The notes under the pieces are model-generated. The model had not been told where the DNA came from, searched no databases, and saw only the letters and a list, made by a program, of their open reading frames with translations. From NCBI GenBank assembly GCA_041690135.1, contig JAWLHY010000003.1:256001-320000 (forward strand): DNA of 64,000 bases, read 5' to 3'. This DNA comes from Armatimonadota bacterium. Lineage in GTDB: Bacteria; Armatimonadota; SYMT01. The position numbers and the translations under genes are program-made. Shown piece by piece: positions 60,245 through 64,000 of the stretch (its first letter is position 1; each line of letters opens with the position of its first letter).

Positions 60245-61651
60245 ATGCCTGCTTCCCCAGCACCGCACACGGCACCCGCCGACCCGGGAGCAAAAGCTAC
60301 CGGGTGCCGGCTTCCTCCGTTGGTGCGAACGAAGCTCCCCGGTGGGCACCTCGTCGCTTTCCGCCGGGACCCGCTCGGGTTTCTGAGCCGGCTGGCCGCC
60401 GAGCACGGGGATGCCGTCCGTTTCCGGCTCGGACCGCGCAGGATCTGTCTGATCAACGACCCCGAGTGGATCCGCGAAGTGCTCATCGTCCAGGACCGCC
60501 GGTTTTCCAAGGGGCCGGGGCTGCGGGTGGCCGAGCGGCTCCTTGGCCAGGGTCTACTTACCAGCGAAGGCGACTTCCACCGGCGGCAGCGGCGCCTGGC
60601 GCAGCCGGCCTTCCACCGCCAGCGGATCGCCGCCTACGCCGAAACAATGACCGGCTACTCCTGGCAGTGGCAGGAGAGGTGGTCCGACGGCGCCGCGCTG
60701 GACCTCGCCGAGGAGATGCGCGGCCTCACCCTCCGCATCGCCGCGAAGACGCTGTTCGATACCGAGGTGGCGAACGAGATTCGGGATCTCTCCGGGGCGC
60801 TCGACGAATCGCTGCGGCTGTTCCAGTGGGCCAACCTGCCCTTCGCCGCCCGCCTGGAGCCCCTCGTGCCGTTCCTCACCCGCCGTTTCAACCGGGCGCG
60901 GGGTCGCCTTGATACAACAGTCTACCGGATGATCCGCGAGCGCCGGGCCAGCGGGGAAGACCGCGGCGACCTGCTCTCCATGCTGATCCTCGCCCGCGAT
61001 GAGGACGAGGATGGCGGGACCATGTCCGACGAGCAGGTGCGCGACGAGGCGATGACGCTGCTGCTGGCCGGCCATGAGACCACCGCCAATGCCCTGGCGT
61101 GGACATGGTACCTGCTGGCGCAGCACCCGGAGGTGGAAGCGCGCCTCCACGCGGAGGTGGATGCCGTGCTGGCGGGGCGGGCTCCCACCGTCGAGGATGT
61201 CCCCTCACTCCCTTACACGCGGAGGGTGTTCGCCGAAGCGATGCGCTGCTACCCGCCGGCCTGGATCATCGCCCGCCAGGCCCTGGAAGACTGTCCGATC
61301 GGCCCCTACACTCTGCCCGCCGGGACCCTCGTGATGATGAGCCAGTGGGTCACCCACCACGACCCCCGCTATTACCCAGAGCCGTTCCGCTTCGATCCGG
61401 AGCGCTGGTCGCCCGAGAGGGCCGCCGAGCGACCCCGCTTCGCCTACTACCCCTTCGGTGGGGGCTCACGCCTCTGTATCGGCGAGCAGTTCGCCTGGAT
61501 GGAAGGCGTGTTGGTCGTCGCCGCACTCGCTGCCCGGTGGGAGTTCCGATTGTTACCCGGCCAGCGGATCGTTCCACAGCCACTCATCACCCTCCGGCCC
61601 CGGAATGGGGTGCAGGCGGTTGCCCTGCGGCGGCGAAGTGCAGCCACCTGA
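60245..61651 (+). CDS. Cytochrome P450
   Basis: AGHETT I-helix, EAMR (ExxR), FDPERW, PFGGGSRLCIG heme motif. Confidence 0.95.
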   Translation: MPASPAPHTAPADPGAKATGCRLPPLVRTKLPGGHLVAFRRDPLGFLSRLAAEHGDAVRFRLGPRRICLINDPEWIREVLIVQDRRFSKGPGLRVAERLLGQGLLTSEGDFHRRQRRLAQPAFHRQRIAAYAETMTGYSWQWQERWSDGAALDLAEEMRGLTLRIAAKTLFDTEVANEIRDLSGALDESLRLFQWANLPFAARLEPLVPFLTRRFNRARGRLDTTVYRMIRERRASGEDRGDLLSMLILARDEDEDGGTMSDEQVRDEAMTLLLAGHETTANALAWTWYLLAQHPEVEARLHAEVDAVLAGRAPTVEDVPSLPYTRRVFAEAMRCYPPAWIIARQALEDCPIGPYTLPAGTLVMMSQWVTHHDPRYYPEPFRFDPERWSPERAAERPRFAYYPFGGGSRLCIGEQFAWMEGVLVVAALAARWEFRLLPGQRIVPQPLITLRPRNGVQAVALRRRSAAT

Positions 61652-62048
61652 GACGGGTATCGGGTGAACAAGGCTGGGATGCGGTGTTCCAGGCGAATGG
61701 GATTCCCTCGGTCTGTGCCACGTGGGGGTGGCCATGACGGATATCCGGCCCTACAGGCCACGCGTCAATGGCCGGCACGGGGCACAGTTCGGACGACCCA
61801 CACAGGGTTTGCTAATCTGCCACTGTCTTGCTGACGTACCGATGCTAGGGCGGGTTCTCCGATGCCTGCCCTGTCCTGGTTACCCGCCGGTCGTGACGTG
61901 TGGGGTTCGGCTCCGGCATCCTACGTAAACAGATAGGGAATCAGGAGGGCACCGGCCGAACGGAGGACCGCCGCGGTCACGAGTTGGGACTTCCGACCCA
62001 CGCCGTCACTCCCTTCCATGCGACATAGTGATCCGTGGAGACCCAATC

Positions 62049-63662
62049 ATGAGCCAGTTCCGCCCCGCCCTCCTCTTGCTGCTCGGCACCGCCGCCTGCG
62101 TCCCCGCCTCCCTGGGATCCCCAGCGATCCCCGAACCCCCGAACCCCTGCTCGCCTGTGAGCCTGAAAGCCTGCACGCCTGAAAGCCCGCCCACCTCCCG
62201 CTACTTCACCATCCACGTCGTGGACGAGCAGACCGGCCGGGGCGTGCCGCTGGTGGAGCTGCGGACGGTGAACGCGGTGCGCTACTACACGGACAGCAAC
62301 GGCATTGCCGCCCTCGACGAGCCGGGCCTGGTGGGGCAACGGGTCTGGTTCCAGGTGCAGAGCCACGGCTATGAGATGCCGGCGGACGGCTTTGGAATGC
62401 GCGGGATAGCGCTTACGGTGGAGCCGGGAAAAACGGCCCAGGTCAAGATCCGCCGGCTCAACATTGCCGAGCGGCTCTACCGGCTCACCGGCGGGGGGAT
62501 CTACCGGGACAGCCTGCTGGTGGGGCGCGAGGCGCCGGTGAAGGAGCCGCTGCTCAACGCCCAGGTGCTGGGATGCGACAGCGTGCAGAACGCCGTCTAC
62601 CGGGGAAAGCTCTTCTGGATGTGGGGAGACACCAGCCGCCCGGCGTATCCGCTGGGCAACTTCCACATGTCCGGCGCCACTTCGGAGCTACCGGGGAAGG
62701 GCGGCCTGGACCCGAGTCGCGGGGTGAACCTGAACTATTTCAAGGCGGAGACCGGCTTCGCGCGGGAGATGGCGCCGATGCCGGGACCCGGGCCCACCTG
62801 GCTGGATGCGGTGGCGGTGCTCGGCGAAGGCAAGGAAGAACAGCTCTTCGCGGCTTACGCCAAGATCCGGGGCTCGCTGGACGTGTACGAACGGGGCTTC
62901 TGTCGCTTCGATCCGGAGAAGGGCCAGTTCACACGGCTGGGGCAGTTCCCCGTCGATGCTCCCATCTTTCCCCACGGCCACCCGGTGAAGCGCCGCGTGG
63001 ACGGAGTGGACTACGTCTTCTTCGGGGACCCCTTCCCCTTGACCCGCGTCCGGGCGACACCTGCCGCCTACCAGGACCTCTCCCAGTACGAAACGTACAC
63101 GCCCCTCCGGGAGGGGAGCCGGTTGTCGGACCCGGTGATTGATCGGGATGCCCAGGGGAAGGTGCGCTACGCCTGGCGCAAGAACACGCCCGCCGTGAAC
63201 CCGGAAGAGCAGGAGAAGCTGATCCAGACGGGCAAGCTGCGCCGGGAAGAGGCGCTTTGCCGATTTACCGATCCCACCAACGGCAAGCCCGTGGTGATTC
63301 ACCGGGGGACGGTCCACTGGAACGCCTTCCGGAAACGCTGGATCATGATCGCCACGGAGATCGGCGGGACCTCCATGCTGGGTGAGGTGTGGTATTCCGA
63401 GGCGAAGCAGCCCCAGGGCCCGTGGCTCTCCGCCCGCAAGATCGTCACGCACGATCGGTACAGCTTCTACAATCCGGCCCACCATCCCGAATTCGATCAG
63501 CAGGGTGGAAAGGTGATCTACTTCGAGGGGACCTACACCCACAGTTTCTCCGGCAACCCCGACCAGACGCCCCGCTACGACTATAACCAGGTGATGTACC
63601 GCCTCAACCTGGCGGACCCGCGCCTGGGCGGAAGGAATCAACCCGAGGGAGTTCGGAATTAA
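62049..63662 (+). CDS. Exported uncharacterised protein (N-terminal beta-sandwich plus probable beta-propeller)
   Basis: Signal peptide, IHVVDEQTGRGVP, WMWGDT, YSFYNP, IYFEGTY; strong coding bias. Confidence 0.75.
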   Translation: MSQFRPALLLLLGTAACVPASLGSPAIPEPPNPCSPVSLKACTPESPPTSRYFTIHVVDEQTGRGVPLVELRTVNAVRYYTDSNGIAALDEPGLVGQRVWFQVQSHGYEMPADGFGMRGIALTVEPGKTAQVKIRRLNIAERLYRLTGGGIYRDSLLVGREAPVKEPLLNAQVLGCDSVQNAVYRGKLFWMWGDTSRPAYPLGNFHMSGATSELPGKGGLDPSRGVNLNYFKAETGFAREMAPMPGPGPTWLDAVAVLGEGKEEQLFAAYAKIRGSLDVYERGFCRFDPEKGQFTRLGQFPVDAPIFPHGHPVKRRVDGVDYVFFGDPFPLTRVRATPAAYQDLSQYETYTPLREGSRLSDPVIDRDAQGKVRYAWRKNTPAVNPEEQEKLIQTGKLRREEALCRFTDPTNGKPVVIHRGTVHWNAFRKRWIMIATEIGGTSMLGEVWYSEAKQPQGPWLSARKIVTHDRYSFYNPAHHPEFDQQGGKVIYFEGTYTHSFSGNPDQTPRYDYNQVMYRLNLADPRLGGRNQPEGVRN

Positions 63663-63706
63663 CGGGAGGGCGTTCGCTTTATTGCCCCACAAGGAGAAGA
63701 CACCGA

Positions 63707-64000
63707 ATGTGGAGCGCGGTCGTGGCTCGCGTGGTTTATGTGGGGGTAGGAGTTTGCTTGTTGGGAATGGCGGTGCCGGCATCGGCGCAGACCGTGACCC
63801 TCAATTTCACGAGTGGCACGGAGGTTGATCCAGGACGGAAATACAGTGAGAGCGGTTACGACGTAGCCCATCCCGATCACCATCTCCATCTTACGGGCGG
63901 CCGCTTGCAATTGCACGGACCCGCCGGGCCGGACGACAGCTCGAAGACGCACTTCCTGCGGAGCCTGGACAACCTGGGGCGCTTCAGCTTCCGCGGTCTC
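63707..64000 (+). CDS. Exported protein, 5' part (runs off the window)
   Basis: Not in the ORF track. AAGGAG SD, then MWSAVVARVVYVGVGVCLLGMAVPASA-QTVTLNF..., open to the window end. Confidence 0.65.
   Translation, partial: MWSAVVARVVYVGVGVCLLGMAVPASAQTVTLNFTSGTEVDPGRKYSESGYDVAHPDHHLHLTGGRLQLHGPAGPDDSSKTHFLRSLDNLGRFSFRGL

Noticed and set aside
63659-63952. 97-aa minus-strand ORF at the window end
   Set aside because: The plus-strand frame from 63707 has an SD and a signal peptide and is the better gene call.

Overview
High-GC bacterial chromosomal window, most consistent with Armatimonadota (inferred from three prepilin/H-X9-DG DUF1559-type genes of the [14 protein letters not shown] form plus Terrabacteria-like rpoB/rpoC). 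In order: (1) 1-15.7 kb, minus-strand carbohydrate-utilisation-like locus (sugar ABC transporter, Gfo/Idh/MocA oxidoreductase, Asp-box protein, GntR, DUF1559 pseudopilin, small lipoprotein, two FG-GAP proteins, DUF1501, D-cysteine desulfhydrase-type PLP enzyme, HpcH aldolase) with a shared operator-like motif; (2) PIN toxin-antitoxin pair, rpsF-ssb-rpsR, a nonsense-interrupted gene, cysE, M90 peptidase; (3) rpoB-[Uma2 nuclease]-rpoC with unusual insertions (Cys4 zinc-ribbon-like insert in beta, helical trigger-loop insert in beta'); (4) a GT-C glycosyltransferase with in-frame repeat insertions, then two ~91% identical DUF1559 genes bracketing TPR + two CRTAC1/ASPIC-UnbV genes + a lipoprotein; (5) PrsA-like foldase, FliA/WhiG sigma, T2SSF protein, NagZ, DUF3866, PilZ, hydrolase, AKR; (6) two c-type heme proteins, flavin halogenase + antiporter, GH127, TPR, SurE, P450, secreted proteins. 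Intergenic DNA is rich in GTAG-type REP hairpins and short repeat arrays, including a 21-nt element apparently nested inside itself within a REP (59963-60004). No rRNA, tRNA, CRISPR array or transposase was recognised. All family calls come from motif recognition by eye, not database searches.
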